Source of the DNA: an uncultured delta proteobacterium
GTDB taxonomy: Bacteria > Myxococcota > Myxococcia > Myxococcales > Anaeromyxobacteraceae
Length of the DNA: 64,000 bases
NCBI GenBank assembly: GCA_963766715.1
Contig: CAVYBH010000001.1
Coordinates: 96,001-160,000, forward strand
Reading direction: 5' to 3'
Part shown: piece after piece, positions 55,534 through 64,000 of the stretch
Layout of the letters: each line of letters begins with the position of its first letter
Numbering within the stretch: the first letter of the stretch is position 1
Made by a program: the position numbers and the translations under genes
Notes under the pieces: generated by a model
What the model was told of the DNA's origin: nothing
What the model saw: the letters and a program-made list of their open reading frames with translations, nothing else
Databases searched by the model: none

Positions 55534-55983
55534 ATGGCACGGTACACGGGTGGAGATCGGGTCCCCGGCGGCTACTACTGGAACCCCCGGCACTGGAGCA
55601 TCAGCCTGGTGTCGGACCGCGGAGGAGAGCTCCCCGGGACCTCGTCGGACCGCTACCTGCGCATCTCGTGGATGACGGCGCTCCTGCTCGCGCCGCTCCT
55701 CGGCGGCCTCTTCGTGGTCTTCCTCCCCTTCATCGGCCTCGGCCTGTTCTTCCGGCTGGCGTGGAGGAAGCTGACCGGCAGCGCCCGCGAGGGCGCCCGC
55801 GACCTCGCCGCGACGGTGACGCCGGGATGGCGGCCGGGCGAGGCCCACATGACGGGCCGGTCGCTCGATCCGAAGGCCGAGCAGCTTCCGGCCGGCGGCG
55901 CCGGGGAGTCGGCGCTCGGGCAGGTGGCCGACGAGGTGGCGCGCAAGCGCCGCGAGACCGGGAACGGAAACGGGAACGACTGA
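55534..55983 (+). CDS. Hypothetical membrane protein, paralog B
   Basis: GGDRVPGGYY...PLLGGLFVVFLPFIG...DLAATVTPGWRPGEAHMTG; AAGGAGG RBS. Confidence 0.82.
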   Translation: MARYTGGDRVPGGYYWNPRHWSISLVSDRGGELPGTSSDRYLRISWMTALLLAPLLGGLFVVFLPFIGLGLFFRLAWRKLTGSAREGARDLAATVTPGWRPGEAHMTGRSLDPKAEQLPAGGAGESALGQVADEVARKRRETGNGNGND

Positions 55984-56021
55984 CGGGGCTGCTCCGGGAA
56001 GCCCCCGTCGGACGTCGCAAG

Positions 56022-56053
56022 GACGCCGGCTCCCTTCGCGGGGGGCCGGCGTT
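56022..56053 (+). terminator. Intrinsic terminator after tandem paralogs
   Basis: ACGCCGGCTCCC-ttcgc-GGGGGCCGGCGT followed by TTCTC. Confidence 0.72.
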
Positions 56054-56159
56054 TCTCGTCTCGGTCACTCGGAGGAAAAGCTGGGCGCCCTGTCGAAAGT
56101 TCCGCCGCCCGCCACCGCCACGCCCCGCCACCGCCAGGGCGCCCATTCCCTTTGCCGCG

Positions 56160-56429
56160 CTAGATGCCCGCGGCCCTCGCCGTCGCGAGGAGAAGACTCA
56201 TGTTCCGGGCGCCGTTCTCGCCCAGGTACCTTCGAAAGGCCCCGGCGTCGAGTCGCATCGCCCGGATCGTCGCCTCGACGACGACGTCGTAGCTCTTCGC
56301 GTCCGGCTTGCGCAGCTCGATGGCGATCTTGAGGATCGCCCTCTGGAAGGCCGGATCGACCGCGCCGTCCGCGGTCGATCCCTTCGCCGTCACCCGACCC
56401 GCCGCCGGCCCACGCCGCCCTGCCACCAT
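56160..56429 (-). CDS. Small hypothetical alpha-helical protein
   Basis: ORF 56160..56447; ATG at 56429 preceded by GGAGG; VDPAFQRAILKIAIELR...FRRYLGE. Confidence 0.55.
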   Translation of the reverse strand: MVAGRRGPAAGRVTAKGSTADGAVDPAFQRAILKIAIELRKPDAKSYDVVVEATIRAMRLDAGAFRRYLGENGARNMSLLLATARAAGI

Positions 56430-56564
56430 CCTGCCTCCGCGTTGCATGCCGAGACGTTAACGCGCGTGACCATACATGGCGTGACGTGACCAGGTCAAGA
56501 TTCCGGCCCCCCCACGCCCCACGTGGACACCCCGGGACCCCTGTGGCAAGCTCGCGCACCGTCA

Positions 56565-57205
56565 GTGGAAAAGTCGAGATACATCGCCGTCGAAGGGCCC
56601 ATCGGCGTGGGCAAGACCACGCTGGCCCGGGCCCTGGCCGAGCGGCTGGGGGGCGGCTCGTCCTCGAGGCGGCGGAGGAGAACCCCTTCCTGCCCGGCTT
56701 CTACCAGGACCGGAAGAAGCACGCGCTCCAGGCCCAGCTCTTCTTCCTCCTGTCCCGGTACCAGCAGCAGCAGGACCTCTTCCAGCAGGACCTCTTCAAC
56801 CAGGTCACGATCTCCGACTACCTCTTCGCCAAGGACCGGATCTTCGCGAGCCTGACGCTCGATCCCAACGAGCTGGCCCTCTACGAGCGCATCTGGCAGG
56901 TGCTCGGCGCGCGGGTGGTGAAGCCCGACCTGGTGGTCTACCTGCAGGCCCGGCCCGAGGTGCTGGCGGGGCGCATCCGCAAGCGGGGCCGCGATTTCGA
57001 GCGGCAGGTCGCCCCCGAGTACCTGGACGCGGTCAGCCGGGCCTACGGCGACTTCTTCTTTCACTACGAGGAAACGCCGCTGCTGGTGGTGAACACGAGC
57101 GAGCTCGACCTCGGCGACGAGGCCGACCTGGACGCGCTGCTGAAGGAGATCCGGCGCCACCGGCGGGGGAGGCTGCACTTCTCGCTGGCCGGCCACGGCG
57201 GTTGA
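56565..57205 (+). CDS. Deoxynucleoside kinase (frameshift near 56655)
   Basis: [55 protein letters not shown]. Confidence 0.9.
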
Positions 57206-57332
57206 CGCGCCCCGCCGTGCCCCGCGCCGCACCCCGTCCGTTATCCGTGGCGCTGATCGGCCCGGCCGGGGTAGATTTCCTCTTCCCAATGGGCGGGACC
57301 TCGAGAGAGGCCTACACCGGAGGCGTCGCGCC

Positions 57333-58250
57333 ATGTCCAGCCAGACCGCCCCGCGCAAGCGGGTGACCATCCACGAGCTGCGTCGCATGAAGGGCGCCGG
57401 CGAGAAGATCGCCGTCGTCACCGCCTACGACGCCACCAGCGCCCGGCTCGTCGACCGCGGCGGCGTCGACGTGGTGCTCGTCGGCGACTCGCTCGGCATG
57501 GTCCTGCAGGGGCACGACTCCACCCTGCCGGTCACGCTCGACCACATGATCTACCACTCGGCCTCGGTCCGCCGCGGCCTCTCCCGCACCGCCAGCCGCG
57601 CCCACCTGGTCGGCGACATGCCCTTCGGCAGCTACCAGGCCAGCGCCGACGAGGCGGTGAAGAACGCCATGCGCCTCGTCTCCGAGGGCGGCGTCGAGGC
57701 GGTGAAGCTGGAGGGCGGCGCCGAGTACGCCGACGTGATCACCCGGATCGTCCGCGCCGGCATCCCGGTGATGGGGCACATCGGGCTCACCCCCCAGTCG
57801 GTCCACAAGATGGGCGGGTACGTGGTGCAGGGCCGGGAGGGCGACAAGGCCCAGAAGCTGATCCAGGACGCCCACGCCCTCGAGGCCGCCGGCTGCTACG
57901 CGATGGTGCTGGAGTGCATCCCGGCCGAGCTGGCCCGGCTGGTCTCCACCCAGCTCGGCATCCCCACCATCGGCATCGGCGCCGGAGCCCATACCGACGG
58001 TCAAGTGCTGGTCTACCACGACCTCCTCGGCCTCGAGACCGAGTTCAAGCCCAAGTTCGTGAAGCGCTTCGCCGACCTGGGGCCCGCGGCCGCGGCCGGG
58101 GTCGAGGCCTACGTCGCCGAGGTGAAGGCCGGCACCTTCCCGGCCGAGGAGCACAGCTTCCACGCGCCGTCGCTCCGGCTTCTCCAGGTGGTCGCGCAGC
58201 AGCCCGAGGCCGACGACGACCACGCTGGCGTGGTGGGGGCGCCGGTCTAG
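57333..58250 (+). CDS. panB: 3-methyl-2-oxobutanoate hydroxymethyltransferase
   Basis: [42 protein letters not shown]. Confidence 0.96.
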   Translation: MSSQTAPRKRVTIHELRRMKGAGEKIAVVTAYDATSARLVDRGGVDVVLVGDSLGMVLQGHDSTLPVTLDHMIYHSASVRRGLSRTASRAHLVGDMPFGSYQASADEAVKNAMRLVSEGGVEAVKLEGGAEYADVITRIVRAGIPVMGHIGLTPQSVHKMGGYVVQGREGDKAQKLIQDAHALEAAGCYAMVLECIPAELARLVSTQLGIPTIGIGAGAHTDGQVLVYHDLLGLETEFKPKFVKRFADLGPAAAAGVEAYVAEVKAGTFPAEEHSFHAPSLRLLQVVAQQPEADDDHAGVVGAPV

Positions 58251-58264
58251 TCCCGACCGTCCCG

Positions 58265-59135
58265 ATGTCCACCCCCGAGCTCATCCGCGACCCGGCGGAG
58301 TGGCAGCTTCGCCTGACCGATGCGCGCGACGGCGGCGCCCGCATCGCGCTCGTCCCCACCATGGGCTACCTGCACGAGGGGCACCTCTCCCTCATGCGCG
58401 AGGCCCGGCACCGCGCCGACTCGGGCGCGCGCCGCGGGCTCTCCGTGGCCACCATCTTCGTGAACCCCACCCAGTTCGGGCCCTCCGAGGACCTGGCGCG
58501 CTACCCCCGCGACCTCGAGGGGGATCTCGCCAAGTGCGGCTCGGCCGGCGTCGACATGGTCCTCGCGCCGGAGGATCCGAAGGCGATGTACCTGCCCGGC
58601 TTCCAGACCTGGGTGGACGTCGAGGAGGTCTCGAAGGGGCTGTGCGGCGACCGCCGCCCCGGCCACTTCCGCGGCGTCGCGACGGTGGTGGCGAAGCTCC
58701 TCGGCCTGTCGCGCCCCCACGTGGCCCTCTTCGGCGACAAGGACTGGCAGCAGCTCCAGGTCATCCGCCGGATGGTCCTCGACCTCGACATGGGCGTCGA
58801 GGTGGTGGGCATGCCGATCGTCCGCGAGCCCGACGGGCTCGCGCTCTCGTCGCGCAACGCCTACCTCTCCGCCCGACGAGCGCGCCCGCGCGCCGGCCAT
58901 CTCGCGGGCGCTCGCGGCCGCCCAGGTCCGGGCCGCCGGAGGGGAGCGGGATCCCCGCGAGCTGGCCGCGGGAATCGCCCGCGCCGTCGAGGCGGCCGGG
59001 ATGAAGGTCGACTACGTCGAGCTGGTCCACCCCGAGACCCTGCGGCCGGCGGAGCGGGCCGAGCCGGGCACGCGCGCGCTGGTGGCCGCCTTCCTGGGGC
59101 GCACCCGGCTCATCGACAACCTGGCCCTGCCGTGA
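58265..59135 (+). CDS. panC: Pantoate--beta-alanine ligase (frameshift near 58875)
   Basis: [49 protein letters not shown] in a second frame. Confidence 0.94.
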
Positions 59136-59617
59136 AGAAGGCGAGAGGGCAGGCGGCCGACGACGGCGTGAAGGTGGTCGCCCAGAACCGGCGCGCCCGC
59201 TTCGACTACGACATCGAGGAGCGGTTCGAGGCCGGGCTCTCGCTCACCGGGAGCGAGGTGAAGTCGCTGCGCGAGAGCAACGTGGCGATCTCCGACGCCT
59301 ACGCGGCGCTGCGGGGCGACGAGCTCTGGCTCCTCAACTGCCGCATCGGCGAGTACGCCGCCGCGGCGGCCTTCGGCCACGCGCCCCTGCGGGAGCGCAA
59401 GCTCCTGCTCCGCCGGGCCGAGATCGAGAAGCTCCGCGGCAAGGTGGAGCAGCGCGGCTACACGCTCGTGCCCATCTCCATCTACTTCAAGGAAGGCTGG
59501 GCCAAGGTGGAGCTCGGGCTCGGCCGCGGCAAGACCCACGAGGACCGCCGCGACCACATCGCCGAGCGGGAGAGCCGCCGCGAGATGGACCGCGCCCTCT
59601 CCAGAAAACGCCGCTGA
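59132..59617 (+). CDS. smpB: SsrA-binding protein
   Basis: [42 protein letters not shown]. Confidence 0.96.
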   Translation: MKKARGQAADDGVKVVAQNRRARFDYDIEERFEAGLSLTGSEVKSLRESNVAISDAYAALRGDELWLLNCRIGEYAAAAAFGHAPLRERKLLLRRAEIEKLRGKVEQRGYTLVPISIYFKEGWAKVELGLGRGKTHEDRRDHIAERESRREMDRALSRKRR

Positions 59618-59718
59618 TCCGGCGTGTGGTCGGGTGTCCCACCCCCTGTCGCGGGACCCTGCACGGGGGTCAGCATTCCCTCACGGCGGTGTCCTGTTAC
59701 CGTGGGAGGCACGGCACC

Positions 59719-60624
59719 ATGTTCGACCGGGTGAAGCTGCGGAGGGATCTGACCGACTGCGGGGGCACGGTGCTCGCCCGCGCCGGGACGGTCATCTCCG
59801 TCGAGTCGATCGCCGAGGCCGCGGCCAGCTCGCGGCCGGGCCACGGCCTGCCCCTCTCCGACACCTTCCTGACCGACGACCTGGGCGACGTGCTCCAGGA
59901 CGCCGCGCTCGGCCACTTCTTCCGGACCGACGAGGTCCGCTCGGCGGTCCGCAAGGTGGTGGAGGCGGCGAAGCTCCCGCTCCCCCTCGTCGAGGAGCTG
60001 GCGGCGGCCAAGCTCGGCGACGCGACCCGCTACCGGCACGCGCTCGCCTCGGCCGTGGTGACGGCGCGCATGATCCTGGCGGCCGCCGGCACGGCCCGGG
60101 CCTCCCCGCAGATCGCGGCGGCGGCGCTGCTCCACGACATCGGCATGCGCCACGTCCCGCCGCGGGTGCTGCGGACCCCGGATTCGCTCCGGGGCGAGGA
60201 CGCCGCCGAGATCGCCCAGCACCCGATCCTGGGCGCGTACCAGCTGGCCCGGGAGCTCGGGAACCACCCGGCGGTGGAGGCGGCGCTGGCCCATCACTGG
60301 CGGGACGGGCAGGGGTATCCCGACCTCCCGAATCCCCCGTCGCCCAGCACCGACGTGGTCGCGGTGGCCAGCGCCTTCGTGGCGCTGACCCACGCCCGGG
60401 CCTACCGCTCCGAGCCCTACGAGTCGCGCAGCGCCGTCGACATCCTGGTGGGCGAGGCGTCGGCGGGGCACGCCGACCCGTTCGCGGTGAAGCTGCTCGT
60501 CCACGCCCTGCGCGGCGGGGACGGGCCGGTCAACGGGCTGCGCTTCGCCCGGTCCCGGCAGGGCATGTCACCCGTGGTGAATCGGCACACCCGCATCGCG
60601 CCGCCGGCGCGCCGCATGGTCTGA
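59719..60624 (+). CDS. Stand-alone HD-GYP-like protein (degenerate)
   Basis: LLHDIG, HP..G, HHWRDGQGYP, VAVASAFVALT, RAYR; GGAGG RBS. Confidence 0.8.
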   Translation: MFDRVKLRRDLTDCGGTVLARAGTVISVESIAEAAASSRPGHGLPLSDTFLTDDLGDVLQDAALGHFFRTDEVRSAVRKVVEAAKLPLPLVEELAAAKLGDATRYRHALASAVVTARMILAAAGTARASPQIAAAALLHDIGMRHVPPRVLRTPDSLRGEDAAEIAQHPILGAYQLARELGNHPAVEAALAHHWRDGQGYPDLPNPPSPSTDVVAVASAFVALTHARAYRSEPYESRSAVDILVGEASAGHADPFAVKLLVHALRGGDGPVNGLRFARSRQGMSPVVNRHTRIAPPARRMV

Positions 60625-60635
60625 GCGGCGCGGCC

Positions 60636-60965
60636 TCAGAGCCCCGAGGCCTTGCGGAGCAGGTCCCAGGTGAAGAGGCCCGTGTCGTGGCCGTCCGACC
60701 AGTGGATCTGGATGGCGTAGCTGCCCACCGGGTCGATCCGCTCGGCGCGGATGTCGAGGGGGATGGTGGAGGGGTCGAGGATCTTCTTCCCCGTCCCCTC
60801 CTCGATGCAGGCGGCGCAGGGGCACAGGTCGCGGAGCGTGAAGGCGGGGATGATGGCCACCCGGCCCGGCCAGGCGATCTCGAACTCGCCGCGCTCGTTC
60901 AGGTCGATGGCCTCCGGCGGAGCGGCGGGGGGCGGACGGACGGGGATGCGATCGAGGAGTCCCAT
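60636..60965 (-). CDS. DUF971 / GBBH-N-like protein
   Basis: [31 protein letters not shown]. Confidence 0.85.
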   Translation of the reverse strand: MGLLDRIPVRPPPAAPPEAIDLNERGEFEIAWPGRVAIIPAFTLRDLCPCAACIEEGTGKKILDPSTIPLDIRAERIDPVGSYAIQIHWSDGHDTGLFTWDLLRKASGL

Positions 60966-60997
60966 GCCCGGATAGATGCGGCGCGCGGGCCCCGGCG

Positions 60998-61738
60998 TCA
61001 AGGGGAGCGGGCGAGCGACACGAGCAGGTCGGAGCGATCCTCGAAGGGCGAGGTGCAGGGCGGCCCGTCGGCCGCGAAGAGCTCGGAGTGGCGGAGCGCC
61101 GGCGCGAGCCGGATCACCGCCGACGAGCGGGTGCCGTAGACGTCGCCGAGGTGGATGCAGATCCCCGGGGTCGACGGGAACGCGTCGTGCGACGAGAGCA
61201 GCTCGCGCAGCCGGCCCGGCGACGGGTCGACCGGCCAGCGGGCGCGCAGCGCCTCGCCGCGGGGATCGCGGCCGCGGGGGTCGCGCTCGGTGGCCACGTG
61301 CAGGCCGGGCCCCAGGTCCTCGATCTCCGTGACGTCGCCGTCGTACCACCACAGGAAGGCGGTCGCGCCGTCGGCGACGAGCAGGTGGAACGGGTTGTAG
61401 GCGGCCGCCTCGGTGCGGACGGCGTGCTCCCGGGCCGTGGCGGCCGAGGGCTGCCCGAGCATGCGGGTCACGAGCTCGCCGCGGGAACGCCGCGACGGAT
61501 CGGGGGGATGCCCCGGCGCGGCGTGGAAGTTGGTGATGCCGGCGAAGAGGCCGGAGGCGCCCACGCCAATCCAGGTGCCGCCGGCCAGCGCGTCGCGCGG
61601 GGCGGCGTGGCGCGGCGCGCCCGGCGGGGCCCGCAGGGCCCAGTCCTCGGAGGGACGGCCGAGCCGCTCGTCGCGATTGGCTGCGACGACGAGCGGCCAG
61701 CGCCGGTCGGCGTGGAAGGCGAGTGCGAGCGTGCACAC
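60998..61738 (-). CDS. NRDE / TANGO2 family protein
   Basis: MCTL, AANRDE, GGTWIG, SRGELV, YNPF, YGTRSS. Confidence 0.9.
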   Translation of the reverse strand: MCTLALAFHADRRWPLVVAANRDERLGRPSEDWALRAPPGAPRHAAPRDALAGGTWIGVGASGLFAGITNFHAAPGHPPDPSRRSRGELVTRMLGQPSAATAREHAVRTEAAAYNPFHLLVADGATAFLWWYDGDVTEIEDLGPGLHVATERDPRGRDPRGEALRARWPVDPSPGRLRELLSSHDAFPSTPGICIHLGDVYGTRSSAVIRLAPALRHSELFAADGPPCTSPFEDRSDLLVSLARSP

Positions 61739-61747
61739 GCCCGGGTT

Positions 61748-63546
61748 CTACTTCTTCCCGGCCGCCACCGCCCGCGCGTTCTTCACGGAGGCGAGGAGCA
61801 GCTGCCGCTCCAGCTCGAGCTGCACGGGAAGCGTCTTCCCGAGCTTGTCGAACCACGACTTGGCGTCCTCGAGCTCGTACTCCCACTCGCCGAGGTCGAT
61901 GCGGGTGGCCTGGGCCGAGCGCCTCCTGGGAGACGTCGAGACCGGTCATGTCGAGGTCGCCCTGGACCGGCGTCCAGCCCAGCACCGTCTCCTGCGCGTT
62001 GGTGCGGCCGTGGGCGCGGTCGAGGATCCACTTGAGGACCCGCATGTTGTCGCCGTAGCCCGGCCAGACGAACTTGCCGTCCGCGTTCTTGCGGAACCAG
62101 TTCACCATGAAGATCTTGGGCGGGTTGGGGATGCGGTCCTGCATGTCGAGCCAGTGCTGCAGGTAGCTCCCGGCGTCGTAGCCCATGAAGGGCAGCATGG
62201 CCATCGGGTCGCGGCGGACCACGCCCACCGCGCTGGTGGCGGCGGCGGTGGTCTCCGAGCCCATGGTGGCGCCCAGGTACACGCCGTGGGTCCAGTTGAA
62301 GGACTGGAGCACGAGCGGGACCGTGTTGGCGCGGCGCCCGCCGAAGATGATGGCGCTGATGGGCACGCCCCGCGGGTCGCTGGCGAACCGCGAGATGGCC
62401 GGGTTGTTGGCCATGGGAGCGGTGAACCGGCTGTTCGGGTGGGCCGCCTTGTCCGGGCTGCCCTTCTTCCAGACGTCGCCCTTCCAGTCGATGCAGGTGT
62501 CGGGGGCCGGATCGTCGTGCCCCTCCCACCAGACGTCGCCGCTCTCGGTGCGGGCCACGTTGGTGAAGAACGTGTCCTTGGTGATGCTCGCCATGGCGTT
62601 CTTGTTGGTCTTCGTGTTCGTGCCGGGGACCACGCCGAAGTAGCCGGCCTCGGGGTTCACGGCCCAGAGACGGCCGTCCGGACCGACCCGCATCCAGGCG
62701 ATGTCGTCGCCCACCGTGCGGATCTTCCAGCCCGTCGAACTCCTTGGGCGGGATCAGCATGGCGAAGTTGGTCTTTCCGCAGGCCGACGGGAACGCCGCG
62801 GCCACGTAGCTGATCTCGCCCTGCGGGCTCTCGGCCTCGAGGATGAGCATGTGCTCGGCGAGCCAGCCCTCCTTCTTCGCGAGGTAGGAGCCGATGCGGA
62901 GCGCCAGGCACTTCTTGCCGAGGAGCGCGTTGCCGCCGTAGCCCGAGCCCACCGACCAGATGGTGTTGTCCTGCGGGAAGTGGGTGATGAAGCGCTTCTC
63001 GGGGTCGCACTCGGCGACCGCGTGGAGCCCCTTGTTGAAGTCGTTCTTCTCGCCGAGCCGGTCGAGCGCCACCTTGCCCATGCGGGTCATGGTGCCCATG
63101 TTGAGCGCGACGTAGACCGAGTCGGTCAGCTCGAAGCCCACCTTGGCGAAGGGCGAGTCGGCGGGCCCCATCACGTAGGGCACCACGTACATCGTGCGCC
63201 CCTTCATGCAGCCGTCGAAGAGGCCGCGCATCTTCGCGTACATCTCGGCGGGGGCGACCCAGGCGTTGGTGGGGCCGGCCTCCTCCTTGGTGGGCGTGCA
63301 GATGATGGTGAGGTGCTCGACGCGGGCGACGTCGTTCTTGTTGGAGTGGTGGTAGTAGCAGCCCGGCCACTTCTTCTGGTCGAGCGGGATGAGGACCTTG
63401 TCGACGACGGCCTGGGCGATGAGCTCCTGGCGCTCGCGCTCCGAGCCGTCGAGCCAGAGGATCTTGGCTGGCTGGGTGAGCTTGGCCATCTCCTCCACCC
63501 AGGAGAGGACGTGGGGGTTCTTCGTGGGCGCGACGGTCGAGGACAT
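61748..63546 (-). CDS. pckG: Phosphoenolpyruvate carboxykinase (GTP) (frameshifts near 62735 and 61915)
   Basis: [69 protein letters not shown]. Confidence 0.95.
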
Positions 63547-63620
63547 GCTCGGACTCCCGTTGGGATTTGGGGAAGAAGGCTCGCGAGAGCCCTCTTTGAT
63601 AGCACAGCACTCCCCGGGGG

Positions 63621-64000
63621 TTAAGGCCCCGAAGAACCCTTCAGCTTGTCACGCAGGAGATCGCCCAGGGTGCCGAAACCCTTGCCGCTGGCCCGGGGGG
63701 CCTTGGCCATGTACTCCGTGGCCTCGCGCCGCTCGTCGGCAGCCTCCGCCTGGGTCCTGGAGAGCCGGATCCGGCCTCTTTCGTCGATCTCCGTGATGAG
63801 CACGGTGAGCTCCGCGCCGGCCGGGAAGGCCTTGCGCAGGTCTTGTCCACGGGGGGTTCCGGTCTCGGCCGCGGGAACCAGCCCGCGCCCGCCGGCGAAG
63901 CGGACGAAGACCCCGTAGGGCTCGACCCGGTCGACGGTGCCCTTCACGACGTCGCCGACCCGGGGAGCGGGAGGCGGTGCGTGCACGGGGCGGGGAGGGG
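63621..64000 (-). CDS. S1 RNA-binding domain protein, C-terminal part (partial)
   Basis: [18 protein letters not shown]...RIRLS...GFGTLGDLL tail typical of S1-repeat proteins. Confidence 0.8.
   Translation of the reverse strand, partial: PPRPVHAPPPAPRVGDVVKGTVDRVEPYGVFVRFAGGRGLVPAAETGTPRGQDLRKAFPAGAELTVLITEIDERGRIRLSRTQAEAADERREATEYMAKAPRASGKGFGTLGDLLRDKLKGSSGP

Noticed and set aside
57914..59617. Apparent PanC-SmpB fusion
   Set aside because: Caused by the indel near 58875; the panC C-terminus and stop (59135) are in another frame
59618..59718. Possible tmRNA after smpB
   Set aside because: Only about 100 nt with one imperfect hairpin; no tRNA-like ends
60636..62714. Apparent PEPCK-DUF971 fusion
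   Set aside because: Frameshift near 61915 reads through the NRDE gene off-frame; true pckG stop is at 61748

Overview
Very GC-rich, gene-dense bacterial DNA. The gene content and architectures point to a Myxococcota / Anaeromyxobacter-like organism (inference): a PilZ-REC fusion, a PEGA Ser/Thr kinase, DUF4388-J-TPR proteins and a STAS ORF inside the dcw cluster. 1-15 kb is the dcw cluster on the minus strand (mraZ, STAS, rsmH, ftsL, ftsI, murE, murF, mraY, murD, ftsW, murG, murC, murB, ddl) with a 10-bp-phased GTGG MraZ-box array upstream. 15-37 kb is mixed metabolism and signalling: SDR, TrpB2, a Tat protein + GMC oxidoreductase pair, kinase, ArnT-like GT, EpmA, RlmI-like MTase, OYE, two M3-like zincins, CBS/CGL and an AmgK-like kinase. 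37.4-46.6 kb is a carboxylate-uptake block: ActP + DUF485, an MHS-family MFS, a cNMP-CBS-nucleotidyltransferase (DUF294) with a DEDDh exonuclease, a metallophosphoesterase with a Ser/Thr kinase-USP fusion, and a 67-aa coat-protein-like orphan. 47-64 kb holds MurU-like NTase, PP2C, trmL, DUF4388/J/TPR genes, tsaD, rsmA, a tandem pair of unknown membrane paralogs, dNK, panB, panC, smpB, a degenerate HD-GYP, DUF971, NRDE, GTP-PEPCK and a partial S1 protein. Many genes, including essential ones, carry single-base frameshifts best explained as sequencing or assembly indels. No tRNA, rRNA, tmRNA, CRISPR array, integrase or transposase was recognised. All calls come from motif reading by eye; no database search was run.
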